From: Octopus vulgaris
Lineage: Eukaryota
Direction: 5' to 3'
DNA: 64,000 nt
Assembly: GCA_951406725.2 (NCBI GenBank)
Contig: OX597828.1
Span: 5,208,001-5,272,000, forward strand
Below the pieces are notes generated by a model, which did no database searches, was not told where the DNA came from, and worked only from the letters and a program-made list of their open reading frames with translations. Position numbers and translations under genes: made by a program. This document shows positions 1 to 12,556 of this stretch, one piece after another. Each line of letters begins with the position of its first letter. Position 1 is the first letter of the stretch.

Positions 1-277
1 ATAATATATCTAGGTAGGTAGTGTTTAAGCACTGTATTATAATCCGAAGTTATGGTTAACCGTATCAAATGTTAAGGAATAAACTACTGCTATTCGAACT
101 AAACATTCTCAATGTATTTCATCCATGAGTAAATAGTGGACTTACTTCACTGGATTATAAACTCTTTACTGAGTGTATATCCAAGAGAATAGTTTAGACA
201 GTTTTATAATTTAGTAGGGAGACGAATAGCGTTGAGTGCAAAGAATAACTGAACAGTTAGAAACAAGATCTGGCTAT

Positions 278-468
278 CAAATCTTTCTTTAAACACAAGG
301 CTGGAAATGTTTGGAGTGGGTCCAGTCGACTAGATCGACCCAGTACGCAACTGGTACGTGATTTATCGACTCCGAAAGTAGGAAAGGCAAAGGCGACCTC
401 AGCGGAATTTGAACTCAGAACGTAAAGTCACTAAGCATTTCACCCGACGTGCTGGCCTTTCTGCCAGC
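278..468 (-). mobile_element. tRNA-derived SINE, family A (GAGCTGGCAGAATCGTTAG head), degenerate
   Basis: Reverse complement resembles the copies at 1025-1232 and 10787-10995 (ctggcagaa...tgcttag...gttcaaattccgc...gtcgataaat...agtaccag). Confidence 0.8.
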
Positions 469-1024
469 CTGAGACGTTGATATGGCCATAAAATCAGCTA
501 TCATATCGACTAAGGTTTTAACTTCGAGTCACGAATGTTAGATCCTAAACTAGGTGAGTATATATTTTATCCACAAGCCTGGATGATCGTAAACGAGGTC
601 AGAATACATTTCGTCCACCAGAATGGTAGATGAAATACATTCTGACCAAGTTTAAGATCTAACATTAATGAATCGAAATTCGAACCCTGTAGTTATGTTA
701 GGGTCAACCTGTTAATGGATTTTATAGCCATGTTAGGTTTCTGACTTCCTTATTCTATGTAGTCATCACTAAGCGCCCCTACTAAAATGTTAGACTGTCT
801 AAAACATTATACATTAGTTCGCTTCAAAGTTTAATAGTGGCAACAGATAAAACTGGATGTAAATAAAACCACATTGCAAGGTATCCATGCAGCAGAAACA
901 TATGTCGGACAGAGATTTAAATTGAATGTGTTTTATAAATCACAGTAATAAGAAAAAAACTGTGTAGATGTATTATTATCCTTATTCATTTGAACTGTGT
1001 TTCATAGGTGTGTGTATTATGTAT

Positions 1025-1232
1025 GCGACGAGCTGGCAGAATCGTTAGCGCGCTGGACGAAATGCTTAGCGGTATTTCGCCTGTTGCTACGTTCTGTGTT
1101 CAAATTCCGCCAAGGTCGACTTTGCCTTTTATCCTTTCGGGTCGATAAATCAAGTACCAGTGAAACAGTGAGGTCGATTTGATCGACTGTCTCCCAAATT
1201 CCAGGCCTTGTGCCTTTAGTAGAAAGGATTAT
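1025..1232 (+). mobile_element. tRNA-derived SINE, family A
   Basis: Head gagctggcagaatcgttagc, B-box-like gttcaaattcc, and 3' end tagtagaaaggattat; several other copies are present in the window. Confidence 0.88.
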
Positions 1233-1904
1233 GTATGCATGTATGTATGTATGTGTGTGTATGTATAAACATGTTAATACTTGTTCATGCTTGTGTGTAT
1301 GATTGATTTTGCGTTGATTGTTGTAAGCAATGGATGCTACGTTATAATTTCTGTAAACACCAATGTTTTCAATATACTGTAGCTAAAATTCGGACATGGT
1401 CTTTTTCAGCGGATGTTGTTTTAGTTTTCGGAGCAAAGAGAATTAGTAATTCGATTTCATCGTTGCTTACATTTATTTTAAGCATCGAAGATAATTGCAT
1501 TTGCATAAAATGAATGCGTTAATTGATAGCTTTCTCTGCAGTATATTTGCATGAAAAGATTACTATTGCAAACATTCGAAACGCATATTAATAAATTAAT
1601 AACTAAATGCCAATTTTCTTGCGTACTTCATCGATGTAATTTATCAAACATATGTCTCAAATATGTTATTAACCAATTAGTATTTCTTAATTTTAAACAT
1701 TTTGCGTTGCACACGGAATTTCACCTTTATTTTTATATGTATTTCCTTGTCGCCTTTTCTTGAATTTTGTTTAAAATTGTGAGACAGAAAACTTCTTATG
1801 GAAGGATTATAGTGCGTAGTATCTGCATCATACCTTACTCTCGAAAGATTCATCAGTCAATGACACAGCAGGATTTGTCATATAAATTTGATGTTATTAT
1901 ATTT

Positions 1905-2293
1905 TTTCTTTTACGCTCTTATTTTTTACAGTCATTTGACTGCAGCCATCCTGGATCACCGACTTTAGCCGAACAAATCGACACCGGGACTTATTCTCTC
2001 AGTCTCTTTTGTTTACGGAAAAGTAAACACACCAGCATCGGTTGTCAAGCGATGGTGGGGACAAACACAGATACACAAATACACACACATACACACACAC
2101 ATAGACACACACATATATATATACACACATATATATATATATATACAACGGGCTTCTTTCAGTTTTCCTCTAGCAAATCCACACACAAGGCTTTAAGCTT
2201 TAGTCGGCCCGAGGTTATTCTAGAAGACATTTGCTCAAGATGCCACGCAGTGGGACTGAACCCAGAACGATGAGGTTGGTAAGCAAGCTACTT
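1905..2293 (-). mobile_element. tRNA-derived SINE, family B (GGCGCAGGAGTGGCTGTGTGG head), broken at ...AAGCAAGCTACTT
   Basis: Colinear with the intact copy at 16049-16460 (tail, internal CA/TA tract, cacgcagtgggactgaaccc B-box). Similarity stops at 2293. Confidence 0.88.
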
Positions 2294-2515
2294 TATTGTA
2301 TATCATTTGCCTTAAAGGCAGTGCACAGATAAGGTAGTTTGCGGGATGAACAAGACAAAAATGAGGCGAATGATAATAATACAAGATGATAAAGATAGGA
2401 GAAGACAGAAAGCGGCTGCCGACCCTCAGCTTCTCTAAAACATTATTCGTTAAAAACAACATATATAGAGGTATTAGACATCTTACAAATATATACAAAA
2501 ACTTGTATTAGAAGT
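2294..2515 (-). mobile_element. 3' end of an L1/Tx1-like element homologous to the 29835-31822 insertion
   Basis: Shares ordered motifs with 29835-29975 (TATT, ATTTGYC, CAGTRCA, TTTGCGGG, ACAA, AATGA, GCCGA, TTCTCKAAA) and the same SINE junction. The right boundary is uncertain. Confidence 0.65.
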
Positions 2516-2587
2516 CAGTGAACTTACTTTACCTACAAACAGCTAGGTGCAGACCATACGATTTTTTTAAAATATAGTATATATATA

Positions 2588-2649
<62 letters not shown>

Positions 2650-2733
2650 ATATATTTGCATACATATATATATATATATTTATGTATATATATGTGTATC
2701 TGGGTATCTCTCTCTCTATATATATATATATAT

Positions 2734-2785
<52 letters not shown>

Positions 2786-2786
2786 G

Positions 2787-3497
2787 AAAATAATTTAAGT
2801 GACAGAACCATTTTAATATTATGATAGTACGCTTTCCATTTCAACCTATTTATAAAATTCTTTATATTATTTATCAATTTAATCATAATTTCTCTTTTAT
2901 GTGGCATTGGTTCGTCCTTCAGTGATGATTTCCTTTCCAGGGGTTCTATCTTTCCTGTATACGCTATAACCAAACGTAATTGCGTGTTTAAACTTAGCAA
3001 TTGACGTTCGTTTTCTCTTCATTCACACCTTCCCTCCTCTTTCATTTCACTCTGTCCCTTTTCTTTTTTCTCGTCCTTCTCTAATTTTTTTCTCCGTCTG
3101 CCTCTAACTCTCTCTTCTCTCACCACGTGACCGGTGTTTGGCCAAGTCTGACCTTTCTTTATTGGTTCGACTGCCATCCGCGCAACATCTGTATCCCTCC
3201 CTATGCCTATCAACTCTAATGTCGCTGCCGTAAGGCTTCACTTCCACACATGCTAGTTTAATTTAATTCGTCCTTAGCCCAAAGACCCGTGTGGTTACTG
3301 TCTTTTATTTGCATTTTTATTGTGTACCATTTGTCTATTGTTTTCGTCCTTCTTTTCGTATACATTCGCTGCTTTCTTCCAAGGCATCTAGTTCTCTTAG
3401 ATTAGTTTGTTATTGGCGATGACCAGATTGGAGTAATCTCTAGTATAACCAGTCGAAATTGCAAAGATAACCAGGAACTCGACTGAAGAAAGAAAAC
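2787..3497 (-). mobile_element. Penelope-like element relic (N-terminal ORF fragment plus adjacent repeat)
   Basis: Minus-strand peptide [35 protein letters not shown] resembles the SLKnIPiP...KLI...FikRlRWKA N-terminus I recall from invertebrate Penelope-like ORFs. 3020-3497 loosely resembles repeats at 5467-5880 and 34360-35040. Confidence 0.55.
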
Positions 3498-3500
3498 TAT

Positions 3501-3532
<32 letters not shown>

Positions 3533-3706
3533 GTATATGTATATATATATGTGTATATATATGAATATATATATATATATGCATATACATGCATGTTTAT
3601 ATATATATATATATGCATATATATAGATGTATATGTATAGACGTAAATGTATACATGTATATAAATAGATTTATATTTATATATATATGTAAATATATAC
3701 TTATAT

Positions 3707-3761
<55 letters not shown>

Positions 3762-3796
3762 TATATACATATTTATGAATATATACAAAATATATT

Positions 3797-3833
<37 letters not shown>

Positions 3834-3969
3834 GTATATATACATAACTATATTTATGTATGTATATATATACATATGCATGCATATATATATGTGTATA
3901 TATATGTGCACATATATATGTATGCATATACATGTATATACATAGAGGTATATGTATTATATGCATATA

Positions 3970-4206
3970 GACGCAGAAGTGGGTGGGTGGTAAGCAGCTT
4001 GCTTACCAATCACATGGTTCCGTGCTCATTCCCACTGCGTGGCACATTGGGCAAGTGTCTTCTACGATAGCCTCGGGCCGACCAAAGCCATGTAAGTGGA
4101 TTTGGTAGAATAAGTCCTGGGGTAAATTAGTTCGACTAAAGTTCAACTCCAGCGTGGCCGCACTCAAATGACTAAAATGAAGAAAACGATAAACGAATAA
4201 AAGAAT
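3970..4206 (+). mobile_element. SINE family B, internally deleted
   Basis: Head gacgcagaagtgggtgggtggtaagcagcttgcttacc...gtggatttggtaga joined directly to tail taagtcctgggg...ggccgcac...aaatgact...aaagaat. Confidence 0.85.
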
Positions 4207-4232
4207 ATATCTATGTATCTCTCTCTCCCACC

Positions 4233-4298
<66 letters not shown>

Positions 4299-4701
4299 AT
4301 GCATCTATATATGCACATAAAGATATGTATATATGTATAAATACATATATATATACATATGTATATATGTATAAATATATATATATATATGTACGCAGAT
4401 ATATATATATATATATGTGTGTGTGTGTATACATATATATATGTTTATATATTTGTATATATACATATGCATATGTGTTAGGGGTCAGTTGATGTTTTAA
4501 GGTGTGTATGCTCTTGTGTATATCAATTATATTTTGTTTATGAGTATAAATTTGTCAACGTTAGCGCATATTTTAGTATAGGTTTGATTCTAATTCTTTA
4601 CCTCATGAATACGTCCGAGTATATCTGTAAAGAGATATACGCACATGTGTTTTGTATATCTCAGAATATGTACGTATCTAAGTGTGTATACGTATATATA
4701 T

Positions 4702-4765
<64 letters not shown>

Positions 4766-4886
4766 TATATTTATATATATATAATAAGATTAGCTCGTAT
4801 ACGAGTGGGTATATATTTGTAAAAAATGAAGTTCGAAAATGCTGCTATATTAGACAATTTTTTAATTTTTATATATACATTATTTA

Positions 4887-4928
4887 TTTAACATGTTTCG
4901 GTTCTTGAAATGATGAACCTTATCAAAA
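4887..4928 (-). ncRNA. Degenerate minimal hammerhead ribozyme motif
   Basis: Minus strand reads TTGATAA-GGTTC(atcatttcaa)GAACC-GAAAC-AT-GTTA. Stem II is perfect; the core is mutated relative to CUGANGA. Confidence 0.5.
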
Positions 4929-5241
4929 AAATTATATATAAAAAAGATAGTTCAAGCTATCAAATATAAAAAATTCATATATAATATACAATAGAGTCAG
5001 ACATCAAAAGTTTATATATAGTGAAGTGAGTTCATGCTATATGTTTACAGAGTATGATGTAGTAGTTCATAGTGGTGATATGCATTCAATATAAATAATT
5101 GATGTTCTTGAAAAAGCGAGGAATTCATTTTAGATTTTACCTTGAGTAACTGTGATGACTTTTGGTCGGTGTCCGCTCGGACAGTTCTGGCGAACCTTAT
5201 GAATTGTTTGGGTTTTATATCACCTGTTATATAGATATATA

Positions 5242-5309
<68 letters not shown>

Positions 5310-5394
5310 ATGTATCCATGCATGTATATATGTGTGTTTTCATTTTGATGAGTGTGTATGTACGTGTTTAAATACGTTTGTGTTTTTGTATGTA

Positions 5395-5459
<65 letters not shown>

Positions 5460-7127
5460 ATATAACTTACAGGGCGTCACAAGAAGTAAACAACATGAAA
5501 TACGAAGACAAACATTTTTTGCGAAAAACTTGAGAAGCAAATAGAAAGCAAGATAAGCAACATAAAGAACGACCCTTCATCAGTTGTCGGCTGTTTATCT
5601 ACTCCACATTTCGAGAAATTCCCGGCACTTTTTTCCTTCAAGAAAATAGTTGCTTCTGCAAACCAAAATAAAAGTTGGGATTTTGCAAAGGGTCAAAGTT
5701 GGTAAAAAAACATGACAGTGAAACAAATAGTGAGGGCTGCTAAGCCAGACCTGGGGAAGGTGGCGAACGCTGAGGAACATTCTTTGGCAGGAGAAAAGAT
5801 AGGAGAGGAGACATACATAAATACGTCTGGTCTGTGCAGCAGAACGAAAGAAAAACAAGATGAACACGTGTGGCAAAAGCTTGCATAGAACGTATCCTCA
5901 TTACACACGGACATTGTTATACAGAAATATAAAAGGCATCACTTCGTTATACATAAACTTGGTTTAGTGTGTATGATAAAATATAAGTGATTTTAATATG
6001 ACAATATATATCTACGTTTCCCATTTCGAAATGCCTTTTAGAGCAACATTGTTCAGTAACGGAGTATTACATTACATAATACATAATCATACACCATTAT
6101 CATACACAATCGGATTATGATAACATTGTATTATATATGCGTGTATAGGTGTGTTTGTATGCATGCATATACATATGCATGTATATATACATATGGACAC
6201 ACATATATGTACACACACACAAATATATATATATGCACATCTCCCTATATGTGTGTATGTGCGTGTGTTTGTGAAAGAGAGAGAGAAAGTTTAAGTGAGA
6301 GAGACAGAGGAAGAGAGAAAGAGAGCACAAATTTACGCATGTGTATAATTCTGCTTTTGGTCCCAGGCATAGAAACGTGCTCCATATTCTCCGTAGATAA
6401 TAGGGCGTTGTTCTGTCTAATCACAGACCATAGTTTATATTTGTGTTTTTATTTATGTCTTTAGTTCCATATTTAAATGATTGCTGGAATATTTTTCTTA
6501 TATAACACGTGAAACTATAAAAATAACCCAATATATGCGTGCAGAAGTGCGTCCGTCGATTTTTCTCTCATTTTACGTTTTTCTTCCTCACTTTTTCTCC
6601 ACCTCTTCCCTCCTCTCTCCTCTCTCTTTCACATGCATATATACACAGAAATTCTTTTATACGTTTCACTCATGCGGCAGTAGTATATGTTCATACACAA
6701 ATAATCACACATTCATATTCACGTGTGTATACACAGTCGTACAGTGACAAGTGAGCACGTATTTATGTGAGCATACGTAAATATATATTGACGTATATAC
6801 TCTAACTTATATATGGAAAGTAATTACATTTCTTCAGTTAATTAACTCTCATTTGCATTTTTTTGTCTTGCTTCATACAGATAAAACTGTTTCGGCTTTT
6901 TACTTTTCTTACATTCGCCACTGCTGTGTAATTATTGCGTGTATATATTGACATTATATGCCAAGCGTTAGGTTCATCAGCTAATGCATTCTTTCAAAAA
7001 TGTTGATTTAAAATCAAGAAAGAAACAATTGTACTAGAAAAAAAGAAGAAAGCTGTCTGGAAACGTTAGGAAACATCGCAATCAACGGATGCAATGTACA
7101 TACACACACACACATACACACACACAC

Positions 7128-7174
<47 letters not shown>

Positions 7175-7193
7175 TATGTATGTATATATATAT

Positions 7194-7316
<123 letters not shown>

Positions 7317-7407
7317 TATATACAAATATGCCCTTATATTTATATTCATATACGTAAATGCATATATATATAAATGTACACACACATACACATGCATATA
7401 TACACAC

Positions 7408-7439
<32 letters not shown>

Positions 7440-8119
7440 AGGTGAGTGTGTGTTTGTATATATATATATAAATATACACACATATGTCTATATGCACATG
7501 CGTAACCATATATACACTGACATATAAAATAAAAACTCTTCTATGCATCGAAGCATCATAAATTAGGAATCGTGAAAACAAAAGAGAATACTTTTGAAAA
7601 AGAAGTCGATAGCATTTGAAATGAAAATAAGAATCTGTTTGTGTGCGCATGTGTGAATGCGTATGTGTGCGCACGCGCGTGGTGTTTCTGAATGTGTGTG
7701 TGTGTTTGCTTCTGTGTATGTGAGTGTGCGTGCGTGCGTGCATGTGTGTTTGTGTTCGGTATCCTGTCTGTGAAAATATGTATGCATCAGTGTGTATTCG
7801 TAATATGAATCGTAAATTTTATTTGATTGTAAAATGTTGCACCGCCAATAAAAAATGGTTATGTGTAGAGAATAGAAGAATAATAGCAAGTAATAACATC
7901 ACGTATTTCTCTGTAATTATTTTAATTACTCTATCTGTTGAATATTATAAAATAAATATTTGACAGGGCTTATTGGTGTAAGTGAACAGGCAGATGATAT
8001 ATGTGAATGACCTCTCAGGTACCCGGTAGTGAACGAGAAACTAGATATAAATGAAGGATTTCACAACCTTTCAAAATACCTTTTCCTTTATTTTTTTTAC
8101 TCTTAATATTTGTTCACGC

Positions 8120-8385
8120 TTATCTTTTATATTCTACTTGTTTTTGTTAGTTGACTGCGGCAATGCCGGTGCACCACCCTCGAATAATTTTTACTCAAAT
8201 GAATCGACCGACTCCTGCGTTCAAAGAAATTTTTTAAAATCTGGTAGATACTTTATCGGTTCTTGTTTCGAAATGCTAGGTACGGAGAAGTAAACACACC
8301 AACGCCGGTTACAAATGGTGGTGAGGAAAACACAAACACAAAGACAAACATGTATACATACATATACACACGTACACACATGGGG
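8120..8385 (-). mobile_element. SINE family B tail/central fragment
   Basis: gactgcggcaatgccggtgcaccaccc...gtaaacacaccaac...aaacacaaacacaaagac, as in 16049-16460. Confidence 0.7.
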
Positions 8386-8562
8386 CTCAATTCTCTATAG
8401 CACTCCAAACCATGATGCTTTGACCAGCACAAGCGTCTCTCTCTATGACACATACGTCTCCGTAGCATTTACCCCTCTTACACCATACCATTACTCAGTA
8501 CCGGCTCTAGTTAGAGAAGACTATTGACCACCATTGTTGATGCATTTCTTTTGTTGTTCAGT

Positions 8563-8741
8563 GTATAACTACTGGGATACATTTTACCCGCACTTTTCAT
8601 ACTCTCTGTAATTCAGTATCTAGGTCCTGGTATTTTGCTATTTTTCTATACCTCTCATATAATTTTTTTCGTCCTTTGGGACCGTAAAGTCAATTATCTG
8701 GCATTTTCTATTATCTTTATCTACTACTACTACTACTACTG

Positions 8742-8798
<57 letters not shown>

Positions 8799-10462
8799 AA
8801 TCAGGTCTTCTAGCTTCTATTATTCTGTCAGTCTGAATATTAAAATACCACATTTTATATTTCTTACTTTCTAGTACTTTATTTGGTTCATGGGAATCAA
8901 CTTGCTTTTTGTCTATCTTGGTTTTTATACAATTTCTTCTTAATGCTTGATCTTGTGCAGGTACTAGCAAAACTCCAAACAAATTTCCTATCTCCTTCTT
9001 CAGCTTTGTTTTCTGCAACCATAACCATGTTTCACCACAACTATTTGCTGCAGCTATCTTTAGGAATCTACCATGCAATGCCTTCTAGTGTGAATTGCTG
9101 TGACTCTAGCAGCTTCTAATATACTTACTTCACTATTATCTACATAGAAGTCTATATCTACTCTAGCTAACTCCACGAAGTCTTCTATTTATATTAGCTC
9201 TCTTCTACTTTCCTTTCTAGGTAGATATAATCTTGCTACTCCTGTCTTTGGATGGAGTCCTCCATTCATATTGAGTTACTTCCTAGTTCTTCTATCTAGA
9301 TTTGCTAATTCAATTTTTGTCCAACCTACAACAGCTGCCGAGTAATGATACTGCTTGGCCTTCACTAGATTCCGGGCATTTAACTTTGACAACATTAGCT
9401 TCCGCACCCTTCTGATGTTCCCCATTTTCGTTATCATTTCTATAGTTTCTGTCAGATTCTAATACTTCTAGATACTTATAACTCTTTCCTCCTTTCAATG
9501 ATTTTAATGCCTGGCCATCTGATAATTGGATGCCTTCGCTGTTGACACACTGACCCATTTGTACGACTAATATTGCACACAGATCTATAGCAAATTTCCT
9601 GCCTAAATCTTTGCTGAAAAATCTTACAGTCTGTATTAAGGAATCTATCTTTCATTCTTACTAATAAGCTGCAGATCATCCATGTAGAGCAAATGGTTAT
9701 TTCTGAATTGATACCCTGCTTTTGTCTTCTTTAATACTAAACTGAGAGGGATCAAACATAAGACAAATATTAAAGGGGGAAATAACTCCCTCTGAACAAT
9801 TCCTCTTTTAGTATTAACTTTCCCTAAGACTGTGTCACCTGAGTAGAGATCTACTTTCCATTTATTCATGCTAAAGCGAATTAATTCTCTTATGCTGTCT
9901 ACTATACTGAATATACTTAGACTTTCACCTATCTATGAGTGTGGGATCATATTATAGGATTTCCTATTATATATCTATGCTATTGTTAGATTTTTCTGTC
10001 TAGCTTTTACTCCATTTAGAACTGCTTTCTCTATATACAATAGATCATGCTTCCCCTCTAGCTTTCTTCCTGCAACCTTTCTGTTCTTCTCATAGTAAGT
10101 TCTGGTCATCAAGGTGCTCGTAAATGCTTTCTGAAAGCATTCTTGTTCACTTGGGTAAGCAGGTGATTGATCTATATTTACTCATTAATGCACCAGTTAA
10201 TCTTAAGTCTCACTCTACTTCTTCCTTCACTTTCTTTAATCATACCGCATCTCTATTATGATTGACTGTCTTATCCCAAATATTACTCCAGAACTTTCTA
10301 GCTTCTTCTGCATTAGGTTTCTCATTTTCAGTACTTCGTTCACCATCATTTATTTTCTTATAAAATGTCCTCTGGTCTCAAATAATCTATTTTGTTGATA
10401 CTGATCTATTCTTTTGGGATATCTGCTAGGATACTCTGTTTCAACTCTTCTATTACTTCTGT
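8563..10462 (-). mobile_element. Degenerate RLE-type non-LTR retrotransposon (R4/Dong-like): RT plus restriction-like endonuclease
   Basis: Minus-strand fragments KRGIVQRELFPPLIFVLCLIPL, HLLYMDDL (RT catalytic motif), SYKYLEV, MHGRF, AQDQAL, IEARRPDLVV...DKDNRKCQIIDFTVPKD (RLE PD-D motif) and KYQDL, with many stops and frameshifts. Confidence 0.9.
8721..8797. repeat. (TAC)n microsatellite inside the RLE coding region
   Basis: About 25 units, in frame as poly-Val. Confidence 0.95.
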
Positions 10463-10488
10463 TATCATCATCATCATCATCATCATCA

Positions 10489-10552
<64 letters not shown>

Positions 10553-10554
10553 CA

Positions 10555-10589
<35 letters not shown>

Positions 10590-10632
10590 ATTATTATTAT
10601 TATTATTATTATTATTATTGTAATTATTATTA

Positions 10633-10663
<31 letters not shown>

Positions 10664-10689
10664 CATTATTATTATTATTATTATTATTT
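10463..10689. repeat. (ATC)n/(ATT)n trinucleotide tract
   Basis: Directly visible; source of the poly-N, poly-I and poly-D ORFs. Confidence 0.97.
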
Positions 10690-10690
10690 A

Positions 10691-10995
10691 GGTGGCGAGC
10701 TGGCAGAATCGTCCCAAACTTGCTGGCCTTGGGCCAAAATCTGAAACCATTATTATTATTATTATGATTATTATCATTATTATTAAGGCAGCGAGCTTGT
10801 AAAATCATTTGCACACCGGACGAAATGCTTAGTGGCATTTGGTCCTTGACGTTCAGAGTTCACATTCCGCCTTGGTTGACTTTACCTTCCATCTTTTCGG
10901 GGTCGATAAATTAAGTACCAGTGAAACACTGGGGTCGATGTAATCGACTGGTCCCCGGCATTTCCATGCTTGTGACTTTAGTAGAAAAGATTATC
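10691..10995 (+). mobile_element. Two SINE family A copies (deleted 10691-10745; near full 10787-10995) in ATT repeats
   Basis: Heads ggtggcgagctggcagaatcgt and ggcagcgagcttgtaaaatc; tail tagtagaaaagattat. Confidence 0.85.
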
Positions 10996-12249
10996 GTTAT
11001 TATTAAATGATTGAATTCGAAATATTTGAATTCTAAAGAAATTACAAGTAACAGATGTGATGAATTTGCCTTTTTCTTTCACTTGTTGCGAATCTCTTTC
11101 AGTTTCTAGTCTGCAGTAATCATATATAGCACTATTTTATTGACTTAAGAAATTGTCAGCGTCATATAAATTGCGACTTATTAATCAAACATTATTTTAT
11201 GACAAGAGGTATTTGAAGATGAACATAATTATAATTTGGAAGAAATTTATGGAATGTGATTTTCTTTTCTCCATAGAACGATAGTAGTTTATGGATCGAG
11301 AAAAAAGGAAGTTTTTACTGCTTAGTTTAGCTATTATCACTTTCATTTATATACTTACTTATTTACTTCTTTTTGCCGAGGAATCCTATCTTGAGAAATT
11401 AACTTTTAGTAGCCAATAATTTCATCTACAAACAACTCCACAAACCTCTTTCCGATATATTCTTTGGAATTTAGACAATCGTGTCAAGCAGTACTTTCTT
11501 ACAAGTAATCCTTCTCGCATGTAGTCAAACGTGCATCTATTCGTAGCACGCCTCTCTTGCCAATCATTAACAATTTACAGCGGATTCCCGTGAAAATATA
11601 GCTGGAATTTTTAGAATTCAGATGGTATTATGAGGTGGGGTTAGAAGTTTGAAATTGAATAAAGGAATTACGGAGAAAAAATGTACAGAAAAAACGGTTA
11701 ATTGTATGAGTCTTACTTTCATTTGTCAGACTTATCTAGAAGAACTCTTGATAGATATCTACTATAACTGGCAAAAGAGTGGGAGTAATTTCTTGTTCTT
11801 GGACTTTGAGTCGAAGTGCTGTGGTGCTATTTAAATAGGAGCCAAACAAAAGGCTTTTATTTTCATAAATCTTTTAAACGTATTTTTTTATGCCTTGGCA
11901 ATGTTTTCTAAGTTGTATTATCCAACACTTGTAGTCAATGTTCTGATAGGTGTTGCACAAAAATTTGCCTGACCAATCAATTCTATCTACAATAATCTCT
12001 GTTCACGTGGCACAACGTTAAGTGAGTATAGAACATGGTGTAGATGGGGCCCTCATCAAATAAGATGAAGTGTATCTTTTCGATAGGTTTCACCTCTAAT
12101 ACTTGTAGGTTGTTCACATGACAGCCAATTTTGATTCTATTTTCCGCGGTTGGCTAGCCATAATGTACAGTGATATTTGCTTACTGGTCACAGTGAATAG
12201 TTACTTATGAGACCCACTCAGTATCATGCACCCTTTCGCCAACATTGAT

Positions 12250-12556
12250 CCTTCTTATAGCAATAGCAGGTAAGCTTCCCAGATATCAGAAAAGAATAGA
12301 TCAGTATCAACAAAACAGACTGCTTGAGACATATCAGAGGAGATTTTATGAGAAGCCTTGTGCAGAAGAAGCTACGTTATGGAGTGATATTTGTAATAAG
12401 CCAGTTAGTCATAAATCGGATGCAGCATGAAAGTGAAGGAAGAACTAGTTTGTGAGAAGCAGCCAGATCTAAGACTAACTGGGGCATGAATGAGTAAAGT
12501 GTTAGAAAGAATGCCAAATTGGAAGGTCCCATGACCAGATTCAGTTTAAGGGTATT
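12250..12556 (+). mobile_element. Second fragment of the R4/Dong-like RLE retrotransposon
   Basis: RYQKRIDQYQQNRLLET is nearly identical to RYPKRIDQYQQNRLFET at ~10370-10425 (minus). It continues to MPNWKVP.PDSV.GY, a pre-RT motif. Confidence 0.85.

Noticed and set aside
5570-5615. Possible type II hammerhead (minus GAAA...CTGATGA; similar GAAA...CTGAAGA at 3455-3489)
   Set aside because: Core words are present, but I could not build convincing stems I-III.
10350-10838. 162-aa poly-Asn/Asp ORF
   Set aside because: Chimera of SINE heads, trinucleotide repeats and a retrotransposon fragment.
11400-12240. Complex-looking unique sequence, possibly coding
   Set aside because: No sustained ORF or recognisable motif on either strand; may be an old TE but cannot be supported.
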